Positions 27,973 through 41,075 of a stretch of 64,000 nucleotides of DNA are shown one piece after another (position 1 is the first letter of the stretch; each line of letters starts with the position of its first letter). Position numbers and translations under genes: made by a program. Origin of the DNA: the human T2T-CHM13v2.0 reference genome, Homo sapiens. The stretch lies in the NCBI RefSeq assembly GCF_009914755.1, contig NC_060944.1. One strand, 5' to 3'. The notes beneath the pieces were generated by a model. It was not told where the DNA came from and searched no databases. It was given only the letters and a program-made list of their open reading frames with translations.

Positions 27973-28704
27973 TTTCTTTATCCATCAAGGTACCCTTGAT
28001 GGGCACGTAGGGCACGTAGGTTAATTCCATGTCTTTGCTATTGTGAATAGTGTTGCTATGAACATGGGAGTGTATCTGTGTTTTGTTTTTGTTTTTTTTT
28101 TTTTTGTAGAACTATTTATTTTCCTTTGGTTGTATACCCAGTCATAGGATTGCTGGGTTGAATGGTAGTTCTGTTTTAAGTTCTCTGAGAAATCTCCAAA
28201 TTGCTTTGTACAGTGGCTGAACTTTTCTATTTCTACCAATAGTGTATAAGCATTCACTTTTTCTGTAGCCTTACCAGCAACTGTTATTGTTTTACTTTTT
28301 AGCAATAGCCATTCTGACTGCTGTGAAATCATATCTCGTTTTGGTTTTGATTTGCATTTCTCTGATGATTAGTGATGTAAAGCATTTTTTATGTTTATTG
28401 GCCATTTTTATGTCTTCTTTTGATAAATATCTGTTTATGTTCTTTGCCCATTTTTACATTTTGTTGTTGTTGTTTGTTTTTTGAGTTGTTTTAAGTTACT
28501 TATAGATTCTGGATATTAGACCTTTGTCAGATGTGTAGTTTCTGAACATATTCTCCCATTCTATGGGTTGTTTGTTTACTCTGTTGATAGTTTCTTTTGC
28601 TGTGCAGAAGATTTTTAGTTTAATTAGGTCCCATTGGTCAATTTTTATTTTTGTTGCACTTTCTTTTGGGGACTTAGTCATAAACTCTTTGATAACGCTG
28701 ATGT
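27460..28704 (-). mobile_element. 5'-truncated L1PA (PA13-16-like): 3' UTR plus end of ORF2
   Basis: ttagattcagggg.tacatgtgcaggtttg; ORF2-like peptide [34 protein letters not shown]; TSD aagaggac(t/a)tttt at 27447-27459 and 28705-28717. Confidence 0.95.
27840..27967. repeat. Complex (TA)n tract with internal inverted repeat
   Basis: Direct reading. Confidence 0.95.
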
Positions 28705-29184
28705 AAGAGGACATTTTGAACTTCTGTTTCTTCGAGTCGCATAAAGCCAGTGATGTTGAGGAAGTCCCTCTTTAATAAACATTGTCTTCTGCAAGACTTA
28801 TTCTTTGACAGATTCAATTCTGCACACATGTAGTATTTAGTACCTATTTCTGTCTGCCGTATGGGTTCCAAGTCTATCCCCAACATGATAGTGGCAAATG
28901 CTCAGTGTTCTAGGATGACTTTGGCAAGAAGTTCCATCTAATTAGAAGACCAGCATCAATATAGCTAAACCAGCTCAATTGTTTTAGGTATATAATTTGT
29001 CTTCCAATTTTGATTACTGCAAATATGTTTACCAAATTTGTTTAAGGGCATATCCTGCCTTATTTTGCATTTCTCATAGATACATGTTAAACATGGAATT
29101 TAATACATAAAAATGGTAGGATACGCCCTTTCCATGAGTGATGGGATTGTTTAGTATTCTTGGGGAAGTCTCTGTGTTTGTCCT

Positions 29185-29425
29185 TTATTTATTCATTTAA
29201 TATATCTTTTTTGAGAGTATATTATGTGCTACGTGGTGTTCTAGGTGTTGGGAATAATGAAGTGAAACAAAACAAAACACAGCCTTAAGGAGTTTGTGCT
29301 ATGGATAAAATGAGAAAGAAGCGGGCAGGATGGGCCTCTGGGGAGGTAATGTGGCTGCAATTTTAAAATATTCGTTAAGAAAGACCTCACTGAAGAGGTG
29401 ACATTTAAGCAGCAATTTGAAGGAG
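29185..29425 (-). mobile_element. L2 3' fragment
   Basis: tattatgtgct..gtggtgttctaggtgttggga; cctcactgaagaggtgacatttaagcag. Confidence 0.7.
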
Positions 29426-29664
29426 AACTGCTTTTAGGATTTTAAGAACTCTTTAGTGAATTTGTTTAATCGTCGCTCATTTTAAAGTGTATACATTTAC
29501 CTAAAATGGAGTACTCATAGCAAGTCTATCATTTATCAGGACATCAAATTTGTAAGGTGATATTGGAATGCAATGTGCTTAATGTAAATATCCACTCTTC
29601 AATCTCAAATGGACCAACTCAGAAAAACACAGTGCATTACAGTTGTTTCTAATTAATATTTGTT

Positions 29665-29860
29665 CATGCAGTATAGTGCTTAAAGTGTAGGTTCTGCAGT
29701 GCAACTGCTTGGTTTCAAATTCTGTCCCCACCACTTAGTAATAATATTGTGTATGACAGATTGTTATAAATTTCTGTACCTCAGTTTCCTAATGTTAAAT
29801 TGGGATAACTGTATTAGTTACCTCAGAGTGTTATTGTGAAGATTGAACCAGACAATGTAC
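29665..29860 (+). mobile_element. MIR SINE
   Basis: gcagtatagtgcttaa; ttcaaattctg; tctgtacctcagtttcct; gttattgtgaagattgaa. Confidence 0.8.
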
Positions 29861-29885
29861 AATTCCTATCCCAGAGAAAGTTCTT

Positions 29886-30066
29886 CATGGTATGCTAATA
29901 AGCTGGCTCTCCAGAAGAAAAACAAAAAGCCCTGATATAGAGTTTGCCAATGTTCATGGCATAAAAGTCTCACCTTAGTCAATTTCAAGCTCAGTACATT
30001 GTCACTGAACATAGAGTTGGGAAGACATGCACACAGTCAGCTACAATGAGCTATAACACTGTACTG
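29886..30066. mobile_element. MER63A-like MITE
   Basis: ggctctccag..aaaaagccctgat..gtttgccaat; atttcaagct; gtcactgaac..agagttgggaaga. Confidence 0.75.
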
Positions 30067-30187
30067 ACTATATAACACACTAAATACATGATTCATGGTG
30101 CCATATTATCAAAGATAAGTATTTATTTGTAGGAAAATAATGGTCTTAAGAATGTATCTTTATGTACATATATTGATGGCTTTAGAG

Positions 30188-30409
30188 CAGACTTTCTCAA
30201 CCTTGGCACTGTTGACAATTTGGGTTTGATTTTTTTTTAAATTGAGAAGCTGTCTTGTGCATTATAGAATGTTTAACAGATTCCCTGACTTCTATTCATT
30301 AGATGCCAGGAACTACCCTCCTGCCCTAGTTGTGACAACCAAACATGTCTCCAGACATTGCCAGATGTCACCTGAGGGCAGGGAGGAATTCCCTGGTTGA
30401 GAACCACTG
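30188..30409. mobile_element. MER20 hAT-Charlie element
   Basis: ttctcaaccttggcactgttgaca...gttgtgacaaccaaa.atgtctccagacattgccagatgtc...ggttgagaaccactg; 8-bp TSD ctttagag/ctttatag. Confidence 0.93.
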
Positions 30410-30614
30410 CTTTATAGAAATGGTAGCCAGAAAAGCTAGAAAAACATGTTTCTAGAGGAATAGATTTAAAATCACATTTTAAAAGAAAGTAACAACAATA
30501 CAAGTGATTACAAATACACTGAAAAGCGTATCGGTTTTTCAGTAATTGATATTTTTAAGAAGATGAGCAATGGGTTAACACTAGGTGGAAAGGTGGGCTA
30601 AGATGTCACAGGTG

Positions 30615-30760
30615 GCAAGCATCATGGCAGAGTGGCTGGAGCCTGTTGGTGTCAGATAGGCCTCGGCTCTTACCTGGACTCTGCTCCTTATTTGCTGTGT
30701 GATTCTGGGCAAGTCACTTAACCACTCAGAGCCTCAGGATCCTCATTAATGGAAAAAGAA
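30615..30760 (+). mobile_element. MIR SINE
   Basis: gctgtgtgattctgggcaagtcacttaaccactcagagcctcag. Confidence 0.8.
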
Positions 30761-31954
30761 TGAAGACTGACTGAAACAGATTGCAAACATAATAATCAAG
30801 TCTTATAAGTATTTATTGAAGAGGAAAGAAAAGGGTCTTTGTTAGCTCTGTGTTTTGGGGGACTGGTAGGCCTTGGGCAAGGACTGATGGCAGGGGAAGC
30901 CCAAAAGGTGTGGTGGACTGGAAAGCACAAAATGATAAAGTGCCTGCCCCGTCACACACGGCTGCGGGTCACTGCTTGGAAATGTGAGAACAAAATGGGA
31001 CCCCAAGCTAATGACTTTCAGGTGTGCTGGCCCGGCTGCCTGGTCATTGGGGAATGACATAGAGGCCAAGGCTAATGCTCCGGGGCTGCCAAGGCAAACA
31101 TCCAGACCCAGGGCAAATCAACCAGAGCCAGGGACTTGGGGCCTCTCATCGCACTGCACAGCACCCTGTGGCTGCCTGGGCCTGCACCTGCCCACTGCAG
31201 ACACAGCAGGCACTGCACCCTTGCCTCTCTCACTGCAGGCCTGCCGTCCTTGCTCCCAGATGTCCCCATTGCCCTGCTACCTGCCCAACCCAGCACTGGC
31301 ACTACTGTTCTCTCTTTTTCAATCCCAACCTTGTGAAACTCCAGTGAAAATTCTGCTGATTGGAACGATGCCTGAGTCAGTGCACTTTAGCTATGTGGAC
31401 AGAGAATTCCTTCTTTCTTCCTGCCTACCCTTTGTTTGCTCTATTCTTTGAACTTTGCACAGTGCTCCACTCCAGGCATCACTAGTGTTTCTTGGTGTCC
31501 CCTTCTTCCTTCCGTCACCCAGCTACGGAGATGGACCCAACCTATGATGCATTTCATACAAGCTCTTTTCTGCTCACACAACACTCTCTGATGAGCCATG
31601 GGACAGACTGAATGTCACATTTGTAGCATCAGTTACTCCAAAGGACATGATGGAAGGTAGCCAGGTGGGTAAGCATGCAAGTGGACAGCATCAGCTGGGT
31701 TCAGGGATGCTTACTGATACCACACAAATTCTACCTTGCAGGCCCCTGACCCTAGGCTTGCAGAAGGATTCGCTCTGACTTCACAAACAAGACTGTTGTG
31801 AAAGTATTTTTGTTCTGGGACTTACCGTCATGGGTCAGAATCTAGATGCTGCTGCTTATTTAATAGCTATGCAAACATTATTAAACTCTCTATGTCTCAG
31901 TTTTCCAAACTGTCAAACTCTTTTTTATGACTGTTGGGAAGATAACTGAGACTA

Positions 31955-32125
31955 TTCTTTCACTTAACAAGTATTTACTAAGCATTGATGATGGTCTGGA
32001 AGCAGTGCTAGACCCTGGACCTTAGGGATACAGATATGAATACAGCATAGTCTCTGGTCTCCAGGAGCCACAGTCTAGGGGTAAAGGCAGATGAAAAACT
32101 ATAGCAAGATGAAACATTATGTGTG
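31955..32125 (-). mobile_element. L2 3' end (appears to continue at ~32600-32830)
   Basis: ttaacaagtatttactaagca; gggatacagatatgaa; caggagccacagtctag. Confidence 0.65.
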
Positions 32126-32149
32126 TGTATAGTACACATAACTGATAAG

Positions 32150-32550
32150 AGTCAAGTCTTCCTGGAATACACCATTCATAATCCTTCAGGGCCTTGGCAC
32201 TTATTGTTGCCTCTGCCCTCAAACTTGCCTCCCAGATATCTGCCAAGTTTGCTCCCTAACTTTCTTCAGGTCTTTGCTCAAATGGCATTTTGTCATAGGC
32301 ATCTTCCCTTTCCACCTTATGTAAAATAACATCCACTCTCTTGGGGTCTATTCCCATATCTGTTTTCTTCCTAGCCATATCATCACCTGATATACTGTCT
32401 TTCTTTCTCCTTCCCTTCCCTGCTCTAGATTGTGAACTCCATGTGGGCAGGAGCGTTGTTTTATTCACTGCTGTAACTCAAGCAACTGCAACTATGTTTG
32501 TAATGTAATTAAATGTTACAATAAATATTTGCTGACTGACTGAACAAATA
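32150..32550 (+). mobile_element. L2a 3' portion nested in the opposite orientation
   Basis: cagggccttggcactt; ctagattgtgaactccatgtgggcagg; caataaatatttgctgactgactgaa. Confidence 0.8.
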
Positions 32551-33689
32551 AACAGAAAAATGAGTGAAAATTGGAATGACAGAATAAAAGACATAATTCT
32601 TACTGGGAGAGTCTCAAAGAAAAAAACCCTTGAGAGGGACCTGCAGATGTCAGAGTTACTTGAATAATACAGGGAACAGATGAGGGAAGAGAATGTGCAA
32701 AGGACATTTAGAAAGTCATGGTCTGTTCTAGAAGCAGCTGTTATTTGTTAGTAACTAGAGAGATGAAGATAGGCTCAGAGGCATGGCAGGAAATGCATGT
32801 GGAGAGTGAGATGGCAACAAATCTCATTTAATCCCTTCTAAGAAGAGTGTACTTGGCATGCAACCTAGAACTTAATTTTATTTTTAAAAACTAACACAGC
32901 AACAGGCACATAGAAGATGCCCAATGCTTTTCGAGCGTATGCTTTCCATATATCAGTCTGTGAGAAGTGCATAGAAATCTCTAAGGTGGACTATTCTACT
33001 GACCCCAGCTAGCCTCCTATCCCCTGAACACAGATAAGGGCTTTATGGCAGGTAAGACCTGGGGTAATTGGTGTTTGGAGGGCACCACACCACAGGCTGT
33101 GTAGGTCAGCATTAGTATACAACTTATGGAAATGTTTGCCCCTTCTCAGAATCCAGGCAAGGCCAGCCTACCCCAGTCCAACCATTCATCCCAATTTTAA
33201 ACTCTCCATTTCAAAAGTGCTGTTCCATAAAGTGTTGATAAATTAGGGCTTAATTATCCCAGCTCCAGTTCCACTATGCTCTGGTTACAGTAAATAAACC
33301 AGTGCCTGTTTAAGTAGATTTTTATAATGGGGCAAACTCTTGTGTAGACTTTTTACTGAAACAGAATCACTGCTTTGAAGAGAGCCCAAGTTTCATAGAA
33401 GAGGCTTGTGGCAACTTCTCCCTGGCTCTGCAGATGTGCTTGGAGAAAAAAGGAAGCTGAATACTCAGGCTGGACTAAAATGAGGGAGGCCACAAAGGAA
33501 CTCTGTGAAGTCAGCAGTATTGATTCTTACTCTAGTTTCTCACACATGTCTAAAGTTTTAAAGAGATCATAGTCTAAGAGGAATTGAAGAGCCATATTGT
33601 TTTTGAAATGCATTTTTAAATTTTTTAATGATAGTTGAGAAGTAAATGAATGCAATTGCTGTGGTGTGGAAGCATGGTGTGAGGTAGGG

Positions 33690-33717
<28 letters not shown>
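33690..33717 (+). repeat. (GT)14 microsatellite
   Basis: Direct reading. Confidence 0.97.
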
Positions 33718-33723
<6 letters not shown>

Positions 33724-36409
33724 AATAATTATAAACTTTGGTGAATGACCTTTTAGGTTATCTCAATTGTAGGTGGCATTACAATTTACTCATAATTTTA
33801 AGGCCTCATTACATCTCACCCAGAGCAATGGCCTCTTAATTAATTTTTTTGCCTCCAAGTTCACCCAGGTACAATGCACTCTTCATATCACCATCAGCCA
33901 AATATTTCCAATATACAAATTGAATAATGTCACACTCTTGTGCAAAACCCCTTTAATATAAGCCACTGTCCTACAGAATAATGTCCAAACTCCTTGACCT
34001 GGAATTTAGAGGTCCCTTCCAAGTAGTATCTGGCTATCTTGCCATTTGCTATGTTTCAAATGATGGAAATCACCAGGGCCCTGCTATATTACTGTCTTCC
34101 TGCTTGTCAATAAAAAATTACTAAGCACCATCAGTAAATATTTCTTTATTGAAAAAATAAAGATAATTTGAAGGAGGTACACAAATACAAACATCTATTT
34201 ATGTTCTCTCCCTTTTATCCCTTTCTTTTTTATGGCTCCAACATTTTTACAAATACATAACTTCTATGATGGGACCCATGTGCTCATAAATTAAGATTAG
34301 AATGAGAAGCATTGAAAGGGTGAATAAGCCAAGTCTACCTTTTATTTAAGGGGCAAGCATTTGCAGAGACATTGGTCAATGCATTGTAAAGAAATGACTA
34401 TGTCCTCCTTAGAAAATTCTGAAATGGCTAATCAAGAGACCCAGGCTGGATGAGTGATGGGACCTTGCCTCACTCAGCTGAGGAGAAAGGAAGGACTCCT
34501 GGTGCTCTCATCCCCACAGATCTCCCCTGGCACCATCATGACCCTGGTTACACCAACCTCCATGTGCCACCTCCATCAGAAAAAAGGTTTTAGTAGCAGC
34601 CTACTCTTGACAATGACTGATGACCAGCATGCTTTGGGTTCCATTGAAAAGCCAGCTTATGTGACAGGCATCACTGTACTTACTGCAAAGGAAAATTATG
34701 CCATTTCAGAGAACCAGGAGGAACACAGCGATTGTACATTGTCCAGTGATTTTCCTATCTAAGAGGCAAAATAAATTTTCTATCTGGAATAAATATTTTG
34801 GAAAATAGCTGGTCCGTGTTTTAATTGGCCTGGATCCTAGTAGTCTGAGATGCACTGAGGCCATTTGATTCACTAAAATGTTGAAATAATTGAGATTCCT
34901 CAATAATTTTGAGGGGTAATAAAAGCAAGAGATACCTTCAAATCAACCCTAGATGAGAGCTGAGACCTGTTCCCCTCTTGTTCCAATCTAAGGGCTGGAC
35001 ATACCTCAAAATCTGAGGATGGGAGGATTACCTACAATGGGTTGAGATTCTGGGAAGAGGACTAGAATTCTATGTAATCACTGGGCTGGGCCATTCATTT
35101 GGGAGCCAGAAACAAGAAAATCCAGCTGTGGGAGTGTAGATAAAATCAGGATTTGGATTCAGGTCTTCTTCATTTCACATCAGCATGTATGTACGTTGTA
35201 CCCTGGTCCCTTCCTTAATTCCACGTTGCTAGTGTTTACTGCATGTGGCCATATCAAAAGGACTCATTCATGTTCTGTGTCTGGCACACCATACCCAATC
35301 ATGACTCTGGAGGTTGTGTCTCTCTGCCTTTGGTTGATTTTAATATGACATGAGGTCCTGGAAGTCCCTCTTATTCATTTTATTTATTTATTTTAATGGC
35401 CTAAATTCAACTCCACTAAGCAAATCAATTCAGCACTGAGGCTGAAATTTACAATACGGCCACCAATACTATGGCTCAACAGGATGCATTAAGAGGCTAG
35501 TTAAACACCAAATGCAGTATAAATCTCAGCCTTATAGGTGTGCTGAAAACATAAATAGCTTCCAAAGAGCCATGATCAATACCAAGATATATGTGCAGGC
35601 TCCAAGTGTGCAAATAATTTAAATTTTAAATTAGCCCCTCCTTAGTATTCCCAAATATCCTAGACTCTGCAATTTCTGTTAATGATGCCAAATTTCCAGT
35701 ATCTAATCATTGGTTTTTGACTTTCTATTAAAATATCCAAACTGGGACTGGGGTGGCATCATGCACTGTGTGTTTATTGGAATCCAGAGATGGGAAATGA
35801 GAAAGACATAAAGAAGCGAGTTACAGAGAATAAGACAAAGGGTGGGCATCCAGGAAGGTACAAATAGGTGGCACAGGAGAAAGGGCAGGTAGCAAGTTGG
35901 TATTAAGAAAGTCTGGAAGCAGGTAGAAGGTGCCAGGTCATATGAAAAATGTGTTTTGGCAATGCCTTAATGGTGCTGGGTTGGCCTTGTTATGGAAAAC
36001 CATGGATTCTGAGCAAGGAAACAAAGTGAGAATCTCACCATGTGAACACCAGACATAGCTGCAAGAAAGAAACGGCATCAGAAATGATGCAGACCCAATA
36101 CCACTGCCAAGTCATAAAGAAATCGTTTGCCTGATGCTGGTGTTGGCTTTGAGGCTGAGGCTGGCTGAGCCTGCAGGAGTGAGCCATGGGTACTCAGAAG
36201 GCTGCAGGCATGGGGTTAAGTGGGGAAGCGACATTCTCTCCTCTTTAGTCCCTACACCTCTGCCTTCTCTGGAAGCATTATCCTAATTTTCCCCAAATCA
36301 TTCACTCTGGGCAGAGGCCAGATTGCAAATACCTGGGCATGAAACTATCCTTTACCTGGGTAATTTCAGGGGTAGGAGATCTTAATTTACTTTCATTTTC
36401 TTCTAGATC

Positions 36410-36620
36410 ACCTCACCTAGTGGGCCAGAGAGTTGGGCGACCTGGTTTCCAATCCCCACTCTGCTGCTCACTAGCAGTGCTACCCTGGGCAAGTTACTCG
36501 ACCTCCAAAAACTTCCATTTCCTCATTCATAAAATAGGAGTAACAATTAAACCTACATCATTGAGTTAATGGAAGGATTAAATTACCGAAAGGCATTTAT
36601 CCTGGCCCATAACAATTTCT
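36410..36620 (+). mobile_element. MIR SINE
   Basis: ccctgggcaagttactcgacctc; tttcctcattcataaaatagga; aggattaaa. Confidence 0.75.
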
Positions 36621-36624
36621 ACAC

Positions 36625-37290
36625 TCACTCTTATATTCAGCAAATATTTATTGGGCACACCATAGGAAACAGACACATTTTTAACACTGAGAATACAGTA
36701 GAGAAGAGTAACAAGTCCCTGCTTTCATAAAACTTTTATTCTAGTTGAGGAAGAAAATAATAAGCAAAGACAAAAGATGTGATATGTCAGGTGATAAAGG
36801 TTATGAGGAAAAAATAAAATAGGCTAAAGCAATAGAGAGTAATGGGAGTGCTCTTTCAGCTAAAGCAGCTAAAGCCTTTATGGAGGAGGAGATGTTTGAG
36901 CAGAGATGTGAGTAAGTGTGGGAGTAAGCTATGCACACTTGTGCAGGAAGAGGCTTCCAGGCAGAGGAAACAGATGTGCAAAGGTCCTGAGGCAGATATG
37001 TGCTTTCAGTATGCAAAGATGAAGCAGCAAGAAGACTGGAGGGGCTGAAACATAGGCAGAGAGGAGGGAGTGGTACCTGCTGAGCGAGAGCAGGTGTCCT
37101 AGGCAGCCATGATAAGGACTTTGGATGTTATTCTGAAGGAGATGGATGAGAAATCATCCGAGGAGTCTGAAAAGAGCAGCTCCACGACCTGACTTACAGT
37201 TTGTAGGAGTAGCCCTGGCCACTGTGTAGGTAAAAATGGGGCCTCTGAGGAGCTCACCGTAGTTATCCAGGGGAAAGATGATGAGGATAG
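36625..37290 (-). mobile_element. L2a 3' fragment
   Basis: attcagcaaatatttattgggcac; gatgtttgagcagaga; ttccaggcagaggaaacag.tgtgcaaaggtcctgaggcag; taaggactttgga. Confidence 0.85.
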
Positions 37291-38399
37291 TAACAACCCT
37301 GCCTCATATGAATGTCACTGGGACAAGTTAAGGTCACAGGAGATGGTGTCGTCCTATGTCCATCATAGGAACTCTCTTATTATTTCTCTGTCTCTCCTTT
37401 TGCCCCTGTACATATGCAGGATTCCTGCCCCAGCCTTCCCAGTCCTTGTATAAGAAGCACTCTGCTGCTGTCCACCTGCAGAGCCAGTGCTCTGACATCA
37501 GGGAATCAGTTCAGCCTTAGGAACTGGTCCCTGTGTGCTGGTGCTAATTACTGGAGATGTGGATTCCAAAATGCAGTGTATCCTGAAAGTCTTGGGCCCA
37601 AATGCAAAAGCTTCTCCTTATCTATGGAGCACCTTTCTGCCCATTCTCCTTATTGCCCCTGGCCTATTCACTTGGTGGTCAGACTGACCTTACTTGTGGC
37701 CTGAAATTCCAGAGAGAAGGCAGCAGGGAGAGGCTATTTTTGATGTTTATTAATTCTCAAAATGCTGGGTTTTGAGACCCCACTACCCCTACCTCAAAGG
37801 TGATGCCACGGACAAATCAAATTAACAAACAAAGGAAAAGGTAGAGACGGGTGTGTTCTAAAGACAATATTCTCTGAGAAGATGATAGGCAGGCTCTAGA
37901 CTCATCCTTTAGGCTGCCTCCCTGACCTCTCTGGTACCCATACTTTTGGTCATAAGCTGTCTCCATCTTCACAGGTTTGCTGCAACAGAAAGGGGCTCAT
38001 GTCAACTTCCTCAACACCTCCTGAGACTGTTAAACAGCTGGCAGGAATATGAGAACAGGTCCATTCTCATGAGGTTCACTAGATTTACTTGTTTGTTGCT
38101 CTAAGAAGCCATCACTCAAATTTCTGCAATGCAACTAGTTAACGTGTCCTTCCATACAGCTTTCTGAATATCCCCCAGCCTTTCTCCCTCTGCTCCCAAT
38201 GCCCTGGTGAAGATGTGGCCTTATTATCTCTGGAATAGGTTAAGGTACCAGCCTCCTGAATGTTCCACCTGCCATCACTCTTGCCCCCTTTCCAATCCAA
38301 ACCTGAGCAAGTGCTCTTCCCACTTCTCCCCACTTTTTTTTTTTTTTTAATTTTCCAAGGGCCTTGGAAGAAAGTGCAGCTGTGTGACTTGTCTTGCAT

Positions 38400-38750
38400 G
38401 TCACCACTCTACTGTGAGACATTCTGCAGTCCCACTAGAATCTTCAGCTCCCTGGAGAACGCTGCCCCCATGTACACTTCCATACCTTTACACATGCCCT
38501 CTCTCCTGTCATTTTTATGACCTAGCATCCAATTCAAAAGTCATTCTTTCCATAAAGTTTTATATCAGTATCCCAGAAAGTGAGATTGCTCACTCCTCCA
38601 GGTACCCCATTCATTTTTTTACCTTCATTTCAGATATCCCAAATTATTTTCTAATTATCTCTGTGTGTGGCATTCTCCTTCACTGGTGCATCAATTCTTT
38701 GAGGGCAGTGACTCTTTCATGCTGCCATGCACTAAGCATTTGGTATTGTT
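38400..38750 (+). mobile_element. L2 fragment
   Basis: cctttacacatgcc; tctttgagggcag; diverged. Confidence 0.5.
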
Positions 38751-38879
38751 GATTTCATCCTAAGTAGATCTAGAAAGATCTGAGGAGAAGAGGGTATAAC
38801 GACACAGTGAGTCACACCTGCAGTAGGGAAAGAAAATCCCAAAGCACACGATAATAATGTTTGCAAGTTTTTCCTTAAT

Positions 38880-39050
38880 CTTTCATGTATGTAAAGTGTG
38901 TCGCAGATATGGACTCACTTGCTCTTCACATAAGTCCCATGGGGAAGGCATTTTTATTCCTGTTTTGCAGATGCCAAACTGAGTCTTACGTAGAGGGGCT
39001 AACTGAATTGCCCAGTGTCTCACAAGTCAAGTGTGGTGTGGGAGCCAGAA
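38880..39050 (-). mobile_element. MIR SINE
   Basis: cctgttttgcagatgccaaactgag; aattgcccagtgtctcaca; ggagccagaattcaaa. Confidence 0.7.
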
Positions 39051-39619
39051 TTCAAAGTTCACTCCATCCCACTTCAACACATGAGTTCTTACTCACTATA
39101 GAAATGTGCCCTCTCGCACTGGGAGATGTTGACCTGTTGGCCTATATATGATGAGCTCTGAGGTTGGGCTTGCAATGACTTGAGGAATTATGTCGAAGCG
39201 ACTGCAGCAGAGGCTACAAAGTGTCTGCCTCTGATAGGGTTTGCAGACTTGCTTCTCTGGGTTGTCAACCATTTAAAGCACAAAATGAGGAAGACTTACA
39301 TGGCTTGGCCCAGTACTTTGTCTATAATCCCAAATTATACTTAGCAACCTCACCATCGAAGCCAGAGTCCTTTCTTTAGAGTTTTCAGGCACAAAAGGAA
39401 TCATGATTAATCAGTAATCATTATCAACGCTTAATTTTGCCCTGGTCCTGATTTGGGGGCAATTATTTGTGGTTGAAAGTAGTAAGCAGAGGCAAAGTGA
39501 GCAAAGATAAAGTCACCAAGGTTCTTTGAGCAGTTTATGGACTTCTTTTTCTCAGGAAGCCCTTCAAGAAAAGCATTCTATAGTCCACTCAGAACTTCTT
39601 TTGACCCTCACGTATGTAT

Positions 39620-40010
39620 TCAAAAAACACTCATTGATACCAAATCCTGTTATAGACACTATAGCTATGGTGACAAGCAAGATAAATTATGAAATGCTTA
39701 TTATACAGGGAGAGACAAAAATATAACCCAGTAAAAATTATGAAATATAAAATAATTTTGCATTGCAATACGTATTATCAAAAATATTTAATAGGAGGTA
39801 GGGAGAGAAAATAATGAGGATTGCTTGACTTTCTATAGTGCATTCAAGGGAGTCTTCTTGGAGGAAGGGTCATTTAAATGGAAGCCTGAAGATAGAACAG
39901 AAGTCGGGTATTTGAGGATTGCGGGAAAGAGGGCTCAAGATATGGGGAGCCAGAAACAGGGATGGAGGCTGCGGAATTAAGGAGCTTGTGTACGTCTGGA
40001 GTGCACAAGA
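39620..40010 (-). mobile_element. L2 fragment
   Basis: tcaagggagtcttcttggaggaagg.tcattt; cctgaagatagaa. Confidence 0.5.
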
Positions 40011-40734
40011 TGAGGATGGTAGTAACACTGTCTCCAAAATTTAATTTTGAATACTATGGTTATGCATCCTGAGTGATCCAGGAAAATTGCCTTCTTTCTC
40101 TTCTCCTCAATCTCTAAGTACCTAAACTAAGCCTCCTCCTCTTGCAACGTTTTATCTCTGGTGTTCATGGGAGTTGAGAACACACCATTGGAGAATTTCC
40201 TCAGTTCAAAGACACCAGATCAACAAAACAATCTGGATGTTAACCCTGAAGCCAGCCTACAATAATCAGGGCTTCTGGCTCAGGTTCACAATGAGCAGGA
40301 GACCTCTGCCACCTCCAGTGCTACCTCTTTGTAAAACCTCAACAAGCTATTTTATGTGAAAATATTAATCACTGCTCATTGCAGCGTTCAAAATCAGTCA
40401 AGGAAGCCTCTTTGAAGGTGGTGACGTAGGGGTTTATATAAGGGATCAGCTGATGGAAAGGAGAAAGATGCGCGTTCCAGAGAGAAGAAACAAGCTGGGT
40501 AGTTTTGCAAATGGTTTATGCCCATGTGGAGACACGCCAGGTTAGAGCAGGTCTGTGTGGGAGAGAAGTTGTGGTTAGGGGCATGGAATTGGACAGAGAC
40601 CAAAAACATGGGTCCTAGAAAGTCAAATTGGAGGACTTTCATCCTGCAACTCCACCCTTTCCTCTCTTTTTTTCTTCGAAATTAACCGGACTTATTTCTT
40701 ATTCTCCTCATGGGAGATTTCACAGCTATTATTT

Positions 40735-40850
40735 CCATTTTCTCAATAGCTTTGGGAGGTATAATTATCCCCATTTACTAGCTAAGGAAACTAAGGCTTA
40801 GGAGGGTTCACTGACAGGAGCGGGAGCAGCTTGGGCTCATGTCACGTGTC
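40735..40850 (-). mobile_element. MIR fragment
   Basis: attatccccattt..ctaaggaaactaaggcttaggaggg. Confidence 0.7.
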
Positions 40851-40949
40851 TTCATAGTCAGCACATAGCTTCATCTGTCCTATCCTGCACCTGCTGTGTC
40901 TTACTGCATTTAGATTGCAGCCAGCTTTCTCTCTGTCTCTTTGAATTTC

Positions 40950-41075
40950 AGCACAGGTAGGTACTGCACTTACCCATTCTTATAGATGGCAAACCGAGGC
41001 TCAGAGATGTTAAACCACTCCTCCAATGTCACATTGCTAGGAAGTCGCCAACACATTACTAAACCTGGGGACATC
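40950..41075 (-). mobile_element. MIR fragment
   Basis: aggtaggtac...cccattcttatagatggcaaaccgaggctcagagatgttaa. Confidence 0.7.

Noticed and set aside
28691-28704. Apparent non-templated bases at the L1 5' junction
   Set aside because: They fit diverged L1 consensus (tctttgcc.aggcc.atgt).
28021-28714. ORFs resembling the L1 ORF2 C-terminus
   Set aside because: Broken fragments of a truncated L1PA, not a gene.
30984-31451. 155-aa ORF
   Set aside because: Non-ATG start, no recognisable domain, and overlapping ORFs in several frames, as expected by chance in GC-richer DNA.
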